A stretch of 64,000 nucleotides of DNA, taken from positions 1-64,000 of the forward strand of contig JAAILG010001164.1 of the NCBI GenBank assembly GCA_012026655.1. The letters are read 5' to 3'. The notes under the pieces were generated by a model, which was not told the DNA's origin, searched no databases, and saw only the letters and a program-made list of their open reading frames with translations. The stretch's first letter is position 1; each line of letters begins with the position of its first letter. This document shows positions 13,206 through 26,513 of the stretch, piece by piece. The position numbers were made by a program, and so were the translations under genes. Origin of the DNA: Hydrolagus affinis (lineage: Eukaryota).

Positions 13206-13544
13206 ATTTACAGAGATTTAAAACCAAAGCATCTGATCAGTACTTGTTGATTCATCTCTATTCCTGTTTTGGTGACCTTGGTGGGGTGCTGCAGTTTGAG
13301 CTTTGACCCTTGAGAACCTATGTTCTCAACAAAGAGGGTGAAATACTGAGACAGGCAGATTCTATCTGTCAAATACAAGTGTGTATAAGAAAAATAATAA
13401 ATTTTGTATAGCACCTAAAGCTCTCAAAGTACTTCACATGGTATCCTGAAAAGTGATTGTGTGTATTATGTGGGTAAAATGATAATGTTTGAAATTTCAA
13501 AGTAGCAGTCCCATGGCTTTGTTGCTGCAGTCCAGCAGACAGTA

Positions 13545-13735
13545 AAAACAACAATTTGCACTTAATAGCGTCTTTCACATTAGCAAAATATCTCACCGCG
13601 CTTTACAGAGACAGAGCCTGAGAAGTATGGTAGATAGGGGGTTTAATAGGCGGGAGGCCAAAAGCCTAATCAAAGAAATAGGTTTTAAGGTACATTTTCA
13701 AAGCAGAGAGGGATTTAGTGAGAGTTTCAGAATGG
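13545..13735 (-). mobile_element. L2 LINE 3' tail
   Basis: aacaacaatttgcacttaatagcgtctttcac..aaagaaataggttttaagg. Confidence 0.6.
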
Positions 13736-14270
13736 AGACAACTTTATATTTCTATTTACCATTAGCTCCATGGCATAGTGAAAAGAGATACCCACAAACT
13801 AACTATCACGTATTGGAATTCCCATTAGCCTGGAGTTATAGAAGAGGCAAATTATTATATTATATTAAATAAACAAAGCCTCGGGAGCAAATGCAAATTG
13901 TGTTTTAATATTTCAAACAATTGAAAGAGGTTATTCAGCTTCTTGAAAAATACCAATAATAGAGACAGAATTAAACAGAGTGTTAGTCACAAATAATGTT
14001 TTATGGTTTGAATTTTGAAAGTACCTTTTTCTCAACATGGATTATTCTTCAAATAAATTCTGTACCATTTACAATTTCTGTTCTTTAGGTTATATGTTTG
14101 ATACCAATAGACAGTATAATGTTGATCTGCTCTAGTCCAATGCACTTGCAACTAAATGTAATCACTGATATAAACAGGATTAAAGGTAACCACTGGCCTT
14201 TATATACAAGTGTAATTTTGTTGTAGTTGTTTATATTAACAACCAGAAATTAGCAACGGTTGACATTGCT

Positions 14271-14390
14271 CACAAAATATATTGTCAATTGTACTGTAAT
14301 TCACTTTGCAGTACTATATAATCTGTGAAGTGCTTTGAGACATCTTAAAGAGGTGATAAGGCACTGTATCAAATGCAAGGATTATTATTA
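14271..14390 (+). mobile_element. Young SINE tail
   Basis: Family tail ending aaatgcaaggattattatta. Confidence 0.8.
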
Positions 14391-14478
14391 CACAGAATTA
14401 CAGCCTAAAAGCTGTTTAAGATATTCAGCATTTAGCAAACAGTTTTCCCTTTGACTTCATTAAAAACACAGAAAATTC

Positions 14479-14677
14479 AATAAGCCCCCTCCCCTCAAAA
14501 AAATGAATAATTTGATCATTTCAATCCACGACAATTTGTTGGACACTGCTGTGCGCAATTGATTGCCGCATTTTGCCCACATATATGCAGTCAGTTCACT
14601 TTACAGTATATTCTGTGAAGCACTTTAAGACATCAAGAAGATGTGAAATGTGCAATATCAAATTCAAGGATTATTAT
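14479..14677 (+). mobile_element. Young SINE, 5'-truncated
   Basis: gatcatttcaatccacg..ggacactgctgtgcgcaattg..ctttacagtatattctgtgaagc..aaggattatta. Confidence 0.9.
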
Positions 14678-15121
14678 ACTAAAAGAGCATGAAATGGCAT
14701 AAAGTCATGTATTCGATCTATTTTCTTAATTGAGGCATTTTTGAATGAACTTGTGAAATTGATAGATGCAATCTGCTTCCATTCCCCTCAGAATTCTCAA
14801 TGCTCAATGCCAAAGTAAAATGGGCCAGAAGTGCATTGCTTAACTCCATTTGAAATTGACTAATCATCAAACAAGTATCCAGAGCCCTACATCTCTAATT
14901 TCATAGCTGAGCAATTGTTAATAAAATGTTGCTCTTAGTTTCTGCAAGAACTTAACATTCTCGACACATTTGATTAAGGTAAGGCCCGCTAAGTAAACAA
15001 GGACATCAATTTAATTTGTATTCTTGGCTTGTTTATAACTGAATAATTCTGGACAAGGAATATTCCTTTATCAAGTGAAGCTTATTCCAGGAAGTTATAG
15101 CTTGCCTTTATAATAGGGGTT

Positions 15122-15532
15122 ATAATAATACTTAGATTTCATATAGGCCTTATCACATTATTCAGGCATCTCAAAGTGATTCATAGGAAGTGCAATTTGT
15201 AGGCAAACAGGCAACAAATTTGCAATAGCAATGTCCCACAACCAGCCACGATGTGAACTGCTAATTTTACCTGGGGAATCGTTGGCCAGGACACCAGTAG
15301 AAACTTCCTTCTCTTTTCAAATCGTGCCATGGGATTTTTAACATCCATCTGAACAGGCAGATGGAGCTTTGGGTTAATGTCTCATCCAATGGATTCTTCA
15401 TTGCACCTCTGACAATATAATGCTCACCCAACATTGTTTCGGAGTGTTAGCCTGGTCCATGAGTTCAAAGTCCCAAGATGGGGCCTCAACTCACAACCTT
15501 CTGATTTAGAGGTGAAAGTACTGACAACTGGT
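15122..15532 (-). mobile_element. Old Deu-domain SINE, near full length
   Basis: tRNA-like head (tcacaaccttctgatttagaggtgaaagt), Deu domain (gtgccatgggatttttaacatccatctgaacaggcagatgg) and (ATT)n tail. Confidence 0.8.
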
Positions 15533-18397
15533 TACAACTGTTGCTGGGAAACAAAGAACCAAACTTTTTAATCAGTGAGGCAGCAAAGCATGATAATTGA
15601 AACCATGCGGAAAGCAGGGCCGCAGTGGATGAATAAATAATGTGAGATTGGCTGTTAATTACAGCGTAACTGAGTTTAAAATGCTCGTTGGGCTAATTGC
15701 CCATGAGGTGCCATTAGTTACAAAAGGAGCCAATGAAAAAGAAATACACAAATACCTGAAATCCTTTTGATGTTTAATTACATAATTTAGAGCATCTGAA
15801 CATGGTTAATCCACTGGCCGATAGTTCTCCCCTCTTGCATTTTCAACTCCAATGTAAAGTTATTATTATTATATATTATTAAAGTTGACTGTTAGATTAA
15901 GAGCAACAAGGCAAGATCCTTCAGGAATAATAGATTCTCAAGCCGGGCTGTTCTCTAGTTACCTCATCTGGGAGGATGTAGATACAGTTTAGCTGGAGCT
16001 AAAGCTTGGGTGCTACTCATTTTTATGAGGAGATAAGTGCTACAAGCAAATTACAAGGTGCTGTCCATGCAGAACCAGTGTTCTCCTTCCTGTGGTGCTG
16101 CCACCTGCTAAAGAAGACTGCTCAGTTAGATGAAGAGAACAGCCTTTCGCAGCTGCTAGCTGGCCATAACTTCCTTATGTTGCAGCCACCTGTTGATAGG
16201 CTGGGGGGTGGGGTTGTGGGGGAAACTCTTCATTTCAAGTCAGTGCCAATGTAGTGTGAATGATCCCTGAAGGAGTTTATTAAATGATTTGAAGTTGCTG
16301 ATATCCAAAATGTGTGTACGTCACTGGAGGCCGGGAGGCTTCACATTGTGAAAGCTGCCGGTGGTTGGGTTACCACGGAAATATAGGATCATGATTCTGT
16401 GATATCTTTGTCAAGAGAGCCCCAAATATTAAGTGTTTATATCCAAAAGCCCATGTTTTTAGATGCATTGGCTAATCTCATTTTTTTGCTTCCTGAGTGA
16501 ATCTAGCTGTAATGTTTCATATAGATTAAAGTCTCTTACATTAGGATTTAGCAACAGTAAGCTGGACCTGCATGTTTCTCTTAGTGGTTTCAGTATGATC
16601 TTGTCCTTTCTTTTCATGGTTCAGGTTGTTCTTTTGACTGGTGAGCTTGATCATATGGAGTCAAATTAGAGCATTTTACCTATTTTCAACCAGTGCCACC
16701 GTGAATTTACACTTACAATCTGCCAACTGCAATGATTAACTTCAAGTGGGGAATTTTCAATGGATATACAACACCGAGTCCATGGCAGATGTATATCAGA
16801 GCTATGGAAGTGGACACCGAACAAAACTGCAATTCAGCGCTACAAAGTTATCAAAGCCAGCTGAACTGCTCATTAAAGAGTTCGATGCCTGATGTATTCC
16901 AAGGTCTTAGCTTGGGTCTGAAGCAGTGACTGTGCGAAATGCGCTATACAAATGTAATTTTGTTGTTGTTGTTAGCTTTAAGATAATTTTGAATGATTTT
17001 TTAAAAAGTAAGAGAGAAGCAGCTTTGAAATTTGACTGAATTTTAAAAAAGGTCAGCATTCTGGATGATTTTAATTTGATTTTTTAAAAAGGGTCAACCC
17101 GGAAGCCTTGGGGCTTCGGAATCTGCTTCCAGCAACAATTGCTGCTCCTTTGGTTTTGTTGTGCAGCACAAGACATCTGTTGTGCATCACAGACACCAGG
17201 CTTCCAAGGTCTAATTTAATGACTTATTGCTACAGATTGTTCATCCTCTGTGTAAGGCTCTAGAGGTTTTACAAATAAGACAATCAGTCAGCTCAGGATT
17301 ATAAAAACACAAAAGTGAATGGAAACCTTGGTTCAATTTAGTTTTAAGACTGAAAAATAAGTTAGAAATTTGAGCACTATAAAATAATGAACAGTTTGCA
17401 CCTGAGCAACAGTAATATAGGGAATCGGAGAAGGAGGAAACAAATTAAAGCAGTAATGGCTTTTTACAACCATGCTAATTTTTTACATCTTCAATAAATA
17501 TTAATAATAAATCTGAGAAGACTGTACTCACATGAGACATTACAACTGAATCATCTTTATCAGCTCTATCAATATCAGAAATGCCTTTATTTGTTGAATA
17601 AAATCTAATGGTGTGATACCCACCGATGGTTTGAATTCATACTAGAATACGAACGCCTGAACAAGTTCTGTAATAAAATGGCAAAGATGGTTGAGTTCAA
17701 TTAAAGAGAATTTTTCAGGTAAGCACAGCACCTCTGTGAAACCACATTTATTCAGTGCTGTCCTTTAGTGCAGAGTGAAAGTGAAGTGGTTCCATGTAAA
17801 CTCGACTAAAGTCTGACCTCCGGGTTAATACCACCATCAAATCATATTGTACATTTGGACCTGGTCCACAGCCTACCGCTGAAATCAATTACTGCAGGGA
17901 TGGAGCTGCATTATCCCAAGTAAAGAGAACCTACATCCTCTGGTGTCACCCATGACTTGCTGTGAGTCACTGCATCTTTGCTCTTTGAAGGGTCACAGCA
18001 CCAGGTCAGGTAAAACTATGGCTGTGACACTGGTCTGCACTGTCTACTGAGTAGGTTTCTGCAAACTAGGAAAATGAACTGGCACACATGAACAACTGCT
18101 GAATATTTCATCTTTTCCATTGCAGGAGTAGCTGAATAGAGATGTAGTGCCTGCGATGTGAATCTTAGCACACGGCAGAGACAGTTTCAGAGAAACAGTG
18201 CTAACAGTGTTTGTTTGGCAAAATCAGATGTGTGAAATACTTTTAGGAAAGAAAGTGGAATTGTGAAGTCATGAAGTCACTTCAAATTATGAAGTCACTT
18301 AAGGGAATATTCTTTACTTTCAGCTAAATTACCATCCTTTGTAGTGTGATTTTATCATGGGGGAAACATCCTATATAAAAAAATTACTGTATATATA

Positions 18398-18492
18398 AAA
18401 CACAAAATACTACAGATACTGGGAATCTGAAACAAAAACAAAAGTTGCTGGGGAAAATCAGCAGGTCAAACAGCATCCATGGAGAAAGAAAA
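18398..18492. mobile_element. Penelope-type terminal-repeat remnant
   Basis: cagatactgggaatctgaaacaaaaacaaaagttgctggg..cagcaggtcaaacagcatccatggagaaag, homologous to 55306-55415. Family assignment from recall. Confidence 0.6.
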
Positions 18493-18614
18493 AAATGACT
18501 GTATACAGTCAGTTTCTGCTACTGCCCCATGCTCTGAGATGCCACCCTGTGTGAAGGACACTATAATAAATGCAAGGTCTTGTTGTGTATTATTTCTATT
18601 GCAAGCAGTAACGG

Positions 18615-18830
18615 CAGTGAGTCAGAAATGAGGGCACAATTTTTAGGATCATCCCAGAAAGAATATAGGGGAAATTAGAAACAAAACACCAAGAGTGGTT
18701 GGAATGTGAAATTCTCTGCCACAAGCTCTAGTTGAAGCATAATTTGCTGATTCTTTGAAAAGGAATTAGAGAGTTGCTTGAAGAGAAGGTATATTGAAGG
18801 ATATGGGAGAAAGCAGGATAGTGATTTACC
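18615..18830 (+). mobile_element. CR1 LINE 3' end, decayed
   Basis: RVVGM*NSLPQALVEA-like remnant followed by gaaggatatgggagaaagcagga. Confidence 0.7.
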
Positions 18831-19103
18831 GGTGGAAAATAAGTGAAATAGTTAGTGTTCTGTACACTGTATTTGTTTCCCGGAAAGGTTCATTATCCAG
18901 AACTGTAATGCTGGGTTTAAACACTTTTGGTGACTGTAAACAAGTCAGCAAAAAGAAGCAGTTTCAAGATAAGGCTGAAAACAAAAATCTAAATTATCAA
19001 GATGATTCAGTAAACAAAAGAGTAAAAGTACTGTACTATACTAGTCAAAATATGAACTATATTTAAAGAAGCTTCACAGAAATAAACTAAATTGAAATAC
19101 TAA

Positions 19104-19229
19104 AATAATAATAATAATAATCATCTTGTATTTGATATAGCGCTTTTCATGTCTTCTAGACATCCCAAAGTGCTTCACAGAATATACTGTAATGTATAAT
19201 GTATATTGAGTGTATATTTGTGGGTGAAA
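19104..19229 (-). mobile_element. Young SINE tail
   Basis: (AAT)n then catcttgtatttgatatagcgcttttcatgtcttctagacat..cttcacagaatatactgtaa. Confidence 0.85.
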
Positions 19230-20303
19230 TAAAATTAAATTCACATCAATGATGGATGGAAAACACAATGTGTATAAATGGAAGAGAAAATAAAATAAGC
19301 AAGTAAAGGATAAAGGCCAAAATAAAGCGAGATAGGAGAGAGCTTCAGATATGTGGTACTGCAGAGAGATGGCCTGTCATTCGGCTAGAACACTTCCATA
19401 GCGATCCCACAGCTCTTTGTTCTTCGTCAGCTCTGTTATTGTGGAACTGACAGCAGAACTCTGGGCTGAATTGAACAGCAGTGAACAAGAGGCATGTGAA
19501 GTGACTCCACTTTGCCAGTGTAAACATATTTAAACAGAGCTGTGCAGATGACTTTGCTCTGGTTTCAAATACGAAGGATCATAGGCTTTTGAGACAAATC
19601 CGTTAAACCCTTTCTCACTGAAAGCATGATCTGGTCAGAACCATTTACTGTAGTCAATCTGTCAAAGCAAAGGGTCTGCTTCACTCTTTCTGATTTATTT
19701 TAATGGATGCTAAAACCTTGGCTTATGTTCCAGCTGTCTGCAGTAAACCAGATTTCCCTTCAAAAACAAACAACATTTAAGTCAGCCATGTTAGTCTGGG
19801 ATTAATGCACTGACGTTGATGAATTGTGTGCATCTTACTCTCTGCTCAGTCATCCCAAAATTTTAAAGCATCTGGTACCGCTTTCCTATGCTCTAACATT
19901 GACTTGGTGACAGGAAGGCCAAACCTAAATCTGTGCATGGTTTTGAAAGAGATATTTGCACTTAATGTTGAGTCTAACATTTTAATCTTTTACCTCCAGT
20001 TGTGTGGGAGTTGGGCAGCCTTGGGTGAACTTTGAGATGATTTGCTGCTGCTTATTCTATTCGTTCAACCCTTTTATTCTTTTTTAGTTTCATCCTCATT
20101 TTCTATGTCTACTGTTTTTTGTCGTAGGATCTGAATAGCAATATTTGAACAGGATTCCTTTGTAAGGCATTTCATTCACTCAAGTGGGAACAGTTTGTTT
20201 GATACCTGACTATCCTGCTTTGGGGTGGGATGGAGGAGGGTGGGTGGTTGGGGGGCAAGTGAGGTAAACTGCCTTCAAGGCGACATGCCTGGCAAGGGAA
20301 TGT

Positions 20304-20592
20304 GGAGTCCTGTATCTCAGTTATTAGAGCACTCGCCTTGCAAGTGAGAGACCTGGGTTTGATTGCCTGCAGGGTGAAACCTTGGGCAAGTCTCGTTACT
20401 CCACATGCCTTATAATAAATAATAAATTAGTCACTTTAATCCACGACTGTTTGTGGGACAGTGCTGTGTGAAATTGGCTGCCGTGTTTCGCCTACAAATA
20501 TACAGTCAATTCACTTTACAGTATATTCTGTGAAGCACTTTGAGACATCTAGAAGATGTGAAAAGCGCTATATCAAATCCAAGGATTATTTA
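20304..20592 (+). mobile_element. Full-length young tRNA-derived SINE, short form
   Basis: Head ggagtcctgtatctcagttattagagcactcgccttgcaagtgag (A box, anticodon arm with TGC), B-box-like ggtttgattg, family body and tail. Confidence 0.9.
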
Positions 20593-22402
20593 TTTTTATA
20601 TAATGTCGAAATAGAGCCAACCCTCTATGATGTTCTTGGTAGTCCAGTTCCTGAGCCAGGTGGGTCCACAGTATTCCAGTCACTGCTCATGACAGCATAG
20701 CCAGCCTGACTCATTGGCAGGACTTGGATGGATAGAGCAGTCATGGCGGGGGGGCAGGGAATCCTCCCATTCAGCTCCTGTTAACCCTGCTAGCCAAAGC
20801 CTTAAAGTGGAGGGATGTCCTAGCTGGACAACAGCGGGAAAGCTTGTCAGACAGCAATATCAATGGCAAGCTGCGGGTTTTAGCTAGTTAGACTCCGGCA
20901 GTACCCCAGTGCAACTCTAGGGTCCCCAAGCCTTGACTCTTGCCAAACTATTCCTAATACATTCCAGAATTAAGTAAGTAGGATGGGTCCCTTTAGGGAG
21001 TGTTTGGATACTCTTAAGCATGGTCACGGATTTCTGCATGTTTTGAAACACCAGGCTGAGAAAAAAATTGTCTGGTAACTGAAAGCTCATGTCTGCTGGG
21101 AACTCTGCTTTGAAGTGATCTGCTTCTGGAAACAAGGTCCTATGAATTGACGGGAATTCTAATGGGATTCCTTAATCCATTTAAAAAATGCCACAATTTA
21201 AACTAATTAAACATGGAAATTGATTTACAATACAATCAAATAATTGTTCACAAACACACTGGGAGGTTTCAAATAGTTTGGAGAGTTAGCTAGGCAGTTT
21301 GGATAAATAATTTCCCCACTGTTTCATTATTTTAGTTTTATCCCTTATTTAAAAATGTTTTAATTCTGTTTTATTTCCTATTTGTTTCATCTGATTGAAA
21401 ATCTTTTCATTGGCTTTGCTTCTCTCTTAGGTTGCTGTAGGCCAGACTGACATGGAAATATGAGTGCCCTGCTGCTGGGCTCCCCTTGATGGCAGTTACA
21501 GTACTTGGAGACAGGTCTTATTTTCTTTCCTATCTGTGGAAAAACTTATGTCCCCAATTAGACTCAATATAGGTGTTTGTACATGAGACATTGTAGGCAC
21601 ATTTGTCCACAATACACACAGTTATTCTACAGTATATCCTGTGAAATGTTTTGAGATGTCCTTCTGATGTGAAAGATACTAAAGGAAATGTAATAATTAT
21701 TACATTAAAAAATACTTCTCTGATTAAATTCATTCATTTCATCGCTGATTGTGGGAAATTTTTTGTGCAAATTGGCTGTTATGTTTGCCTGCAAAATAGT
21801 CAATACACTTCATAGAAAATCATATGAAGTACTATACTTGATCTTTCTCCAGACGTGAAGGATGCTACGTCAAATGCAATGATTATTTAGGATTTTACAT
21901 TCTATTGTTAGTATTGAGTGTTGAGGCTTAACTATTGCTGTTCTTCCCTTGCACCTCTGTATTTTCTTCATGAAATTTGGCTACTGATTTTGGTTTGAAC
22001 ACATTTTCTTTGTTTTTTAATTCTCCATAGTTTCATAATTAAATTTGAGTAAGATGGTCATCTTATGTGAAATATTTACATTGGAATTGTTTCCCCAGTT
22101 ACATTTAATACATCACTGAGCTTCCTGTAAATATGGAACAGTGCATGGCTTCTGATGTGGCAGATGCCATTTGTAGGAAAGAATTCTGAATCTCCAATTC
22201 ACTTACAATGTAACTGAATGAAATAGTCTTCCTGTTATAATGAAATTACTACCACTTACAGTGAAAATCCGAGCGCTGATGTTGCATCAGGCCATAACGT
22301 ACAGTGGAACATGTTTTACAAATTGATGAAAAAGAAAAGAAAACACAATTCTGTTTCCACGTCCAGCCAATCTCAGGGGCACAATCGTTTCAGTGAAGCT
22401 CA

Positions 22403-22419
22403 AGGTCACCTTGAGGTCA
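22403..22419 (+). promoter_or_regulatory. Perfect DR5 nuclear-receptor element (RARE-type)
   Basis: AGGTCA-ccttg-AGGTCA in non-repetitive sequence; motif only. Confidence 0.55.
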
Positions 22420-22984
22420 GGCTCACAGTCTGTTGAAGCATAGAATGTTTGCCTGCACAGAGGACTTTTTTTTAAGAGAGGAGAGGGGCCTTGTAATGAA
22501 TATTTGCAGCTACAGCGGCAACAATGAATTTTGTTTTTTTTAAAAACATGATCAAAAATGTAACATCTCCTAACAGATATGTGGGGAGAAATTTCACCAG
22601 GTTCCAAAATTGAACAAATTATTGAATTAATGCTGTTTTCCATCAATGAAAAGAACTTGCAAAAAAATCTCTAAAAATGAAGACGGTATTTAAGGAAACT
22701 ACCAATTTTTGGATGCTCTGAATTGCTAAGTTAATAGAGAAAATCTAGACCCAGCTGGAATTTCTATTTCTGATTTCATTGTTATCCCGTCAAATCTGTT
22801 ATTAAATATTGCACTCTTCACTCAGTATTTCTATTTACAGCAGTAAGGCTCAGGTGGGTGATGCTGAACGCACCTGGCTCAAATCCAACGTAATGGTTCA
22901 TCGGCTGATCTGGCTGAACTGTACCAAATTTTACTCTCACATCCGCTAAATTGTTCATTCGCTCCAAGTCAATTTTGGAGGTCA

Positions 22985-23770
22985 AGGACAACCCTCTTCT
23001 CCATCACCAACCGGCTCCTCCCCCCACCCTCTCAGGCCTCTTCCATCCTCTCCTTCAACGGCAACTGTGAAGGGATCCACTCGGCTACCTCTGCCCTTCT
23101 GATTCACTTCCTTCTCCCCTTGTTCCCCTCTACCCATCCCTTCCTATACACCTTCAAACTGTCTCCCACTCCTCTTTCACCACCACTATAACGTTCGTGA
23201 AACCAACCACCTGCTCTCTCGACCACTTGATAGATTTTTGGTAGGTTAGGGTATCAATGAACATGGGAAGAAAGTGAGAAATTGAAATTGAAAGGATCAG
23301 TTGAGGTACAGATCAGTCATAATCTAATTAAATCGTGGAACAGCCTTGAAGGGCTAAATGGCTTATTCCTGTTCCTATGTTCCCATGTTCTTATTCCCAA
23401 CCCTCTCTTTACCTCACAGCTCCACCTCCTTGCCCCCTTACACCCAGGCATCAAAAACGTCTCCCAGTCCACTGGCACCGTACTCACTACTTTAAAAACA
23501 GCCTTCATCACTACTAACTTTAAAAACCTTCCCTGGACCAATCCCTGCTCTCAAACTACTGCCCACAACACAGAAACAGTGTTGGTCAAAGTGACAAACA
23601 CCATTTTGTCCATCTGTGACCAGGGCTTCTTCTGGTTCCTCAACCTCCTTGACTTCTCTTTCCTCTTCAACCATGCTTCCCCCACTGCCCTCCACCCTAC
23701 TTGATCCAATACCTTGGGACATCCTCCCAATGTGAAAGACGCGAAACAAGTATAATTGTGTTGTTGTACT
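22985..23770 (+). mobile_element. L2 LINE RT remnant
   Basis: ORF 23282-23704 contains HNTETVLVKVTNTIL..CDQG....LNLLDFS (L2 HSTETALVKV.NDIL..LLDLSAAFD motif); C-rich; TTG tail at ~23755-23767. Confidence 0.75.
23220..23392 (+). mobile_element. CR1 LINE 3' end nested in an L2 remnant
   Basis: gatagatttttg..gaggtacagatcagtcataatctaattaaatcgtggaacagccttgaagggctaaatggcttattcctgttcctatgttc; matches the reverse complement of 1670-1750. Confidence 0.85.
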
Positions 23771-23989
23771 GAGGACAGGCAGTTAATAGCCTGACTAGCC
23801 AAGTTTTCCAATCACTGGCTTTGGTAATATTTACTTTTATGAGACAATATAACAATGGTCCATAACAGTAAATAAGGCACTTTGTATTGCTTCATATGCT
23901 TTCACATTAGAGGTATTGGTATTTGTCAGACTAAAATAATAGATTAATATCTTAAAGAGATGACATTTGGGTGGGAAAACAAATTTGTT

Positions 23990-24430
23990 TATTTGGTATA
24001 CTGATACTCCACCTTGAGTACCTCTGAGTTGGAAAGTTGTGTGTTCAAACCCCACGTATTGTTCTAATAGCTCAGGGTAACTCCACTGCAACAGTACTGT
24101 TTTTTCGGTCTTGCCTTTTGAATAAGATGGCAAAAGTAGATCCGGTCTGTCATTTCAGATGGATGTTAAGGATCTCATGAAACTATTTTAAACAAGACGG
24201 GGGTTTCTCCTGGCGTTCTGTATAAATAACGCCAGGTTGATCATTTGTCTCACAGTCATTCATGGGACTTTGTTCCATGCAAAATGGCCAATTCATTTGG
24301 GGCAGAAACATTTGGCCAATACATGGCAAATACGTTTGCTGCAGAAACAGTCACTTACATTTGACAATAATTAATCAAGTGTGAGATGTTGCTGCATTAT
24401 TAGCTGCCATGAAAATTTATGTTTCTTCAT
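23990..24430 (+). mobile_element. Old Deu-domain SINE
   Basis: cctctgagttggaaagttgtgtgttcaaacccc head; ggtctgtc..tcagatggatgttaaggatctcatgaaactattt domain. Confidence 0.7.
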
Positions 24431-24842
24431 GCTGTTGGGATTCTTCATTCCTAGGCCTATTTAAGATTTAAAAAACTGACATTAGGTGACAGGAAAATGA
24501 TGGAAAGCCAAGCAAGCCCAGGTTCAATGTGGCAACCACCTCTTTAGAACATATTTCAAAACAAACCTGAAAGCTGGTAGTTTCTGGAAATAGATTCTTT
24601 GGAGTATTGTTGGAAGAAAACATAATTGAGTCTTTATTTTCCTGTATTTGTTTTGCTTGCTCGTGGCCTTCCTGTCCTGAAATCCCAGCCAATACTGAGT
24701 GTTTCAGTTCTCCCATTGGTCCAATTGTTTCATTGTCTGAATGATCGACAATCCAGACCCAGGAAGCAACTGATCGCTATTCTCCAAAATAAGTCCAGCT
24801 GAAGACCAACATGCTGTGTACATCACCAGAGAATTTTTTCAG

Positions 24843-24857
24843 CCAGCAGATGGCATT
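24843..24857 (+). promoter_or_regulatory. CTCF-like motif
   Basis: CCAGCAGATGGCATT matches the core CCASYAGRKGGCR. Confidence 0.5.
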
Positions 24858-25881
24858 GGTGGATCTCATGGTGGGCTCCAGCAGGCTTCCTTCTCATTAG
24901 GAGAATACACCTCTTGTCATTTTCACACTAGTGGAATGTGGGGAGCACTATATGGATGAGGCTATAGAGATTCAAAGGCAGCTGCGCTGGCAGGCGTGCC
25001 CTAACAGGCATGATATATCTTTTCCATTTCCTGTTGCATGTGTGTGAGGGGCTCTTATCTGAATACGTACCATTTCAGAGCACTTTGACTTCCTCCTGCC
25101 ATCAATTTGCTGCCATAAACTCCTTTCTATTCTTTGTCACCAGATTGCCTCCTTCCTACCTGATGTTTGATCTGATTAATAAAACTGCAAAGGCTAAAAC
25201 CACTTGCATGCAAACACCTAAGTGAAGATAATGCGGTTCAGACATCCAATGACTGAATCAGTTTATTGCCAGCACATCAATGAGGACCTAGAATTCTTTT
25301 GCCTGTACCACTAGTGATTACAGGGCCATAGACACATAAAGTGAATTATCTTGCACGACACAATCCCTGAGGGTTTTTTTTTACCCCTCGGGGGGCTATG
25401 CACCTAATGACAAGCCAGTATGAGATCTTTGGAGACATGACCAAAATGTGAGTTTCTTGTTGTGCTAGCAGAGTGGCTTAGTCACTGAATTCACTAATGC
25501 AACACAGTCAAATGATATTTCACCACAGGATAGATTAGAATATGCATCGTCTCCTAGCTCGCAGCTTAATTGAGCACAGTGGAATCAGCTGGTGCTCTTG
25601 TCAGTTGAAGAATAATGTGATTTGTCAAAACAAAATGCATTAAACTTTCTACAGAGTTTAAAAAAAACGTAATTAAATCCGAGAACTTTCAATTTTGTAA
25701 ACCTGTGTAAAATGCATCACCATAACTTCATGCTCTGGGAAGATTTTTAAAAACATATTTGATTTTACTTCATTGATTGTAGCATCATCAAAGGTTATGA
25801 AAGCCACATCGGTAACAACAATTGAGAGAGACTAAATAAGTACTTGGAAGAACTATTTCTTCCAAAGTCTCTTCTATTTGG

Positions 25882-26272
25882 TGTCATCATGGCTCAGATA
25901 GTAGCAATCTTGCCTCTGAGCTGGAGGATTGTGGGTTCAAGCCCCACATCAGAACTTTGAACTCAGTCTCGGCTAACATTCCAACACAGTGTGTTGGGAG
26001 CACTGCACTGTTGGAAGTCCTGTACTTCAGACAAGATATTTAACTACAGTCTCGTCTGCTCGTGCAAGTCCAAGTTAAAGATCCCGTGACATTACTTGAA
26101 GTTTTTTTTTCTGCCTTGTGCCCTGGTCAACAATCCCCCAGATATAATTGATATTGGCTGTTTCTGGGACATAGATGTGCAGAAATTTACTGCCAATGTT
26201 ATATGCAGTGCAAAGCTTTGAGATGTCCTCCCAATGTGAAAGGGGCTCTAATCAAATGTAAGGATTGTTATG
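25882..26272 (+). mobile_element. Old Deu-domain SINE, near full length
   Basis: tggctcagatagtagc..cttgcctctgag..gtgggttcaagcccc head (A and B boxes), gggagcactgcactgttggaag..gttaaagatcccgtgacatta, tail aaatgtaaggattgtta. Confidence 0.8.
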
Positions 26273-26513
26273 AACACGTACAATTTTACACTTGTATAAT
26301 GTCTTTTACCATTCAGGCTGTTTTTAAAACATGTGCAACTATTAGAGCTTCAGTATATGCCAGATTTTTCCCTGTTTATGTATATAGATTATTTGAAGTT
26401 TTCTTGCAAACTATTGCTGTGCTATAATTGGGAAGCCATATGGAAGAGTTGCTGAGCCCGATCTTGTGACAAAGACGAAGAGAAGTGATGACATGATTGT
26501 TCAAGCTTTGGGT

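Noticed and set aside
20304-20375. tRNA-like cloverleaf with A/B boxes (also at 28170-28243, 33705, 38316, 61546)
   Set aside because: These are SINE heads: mutated boxes, inconsistent anticodons (TGC/AAC/CGC) and continuity with the SINE body.
20461-20700. Recurrent peptide [25 protein letters not shown] in many ORFs, resembling a small gene family
   Set aside because: It is the translated SINE tail, with no consistent start or frame preservation.
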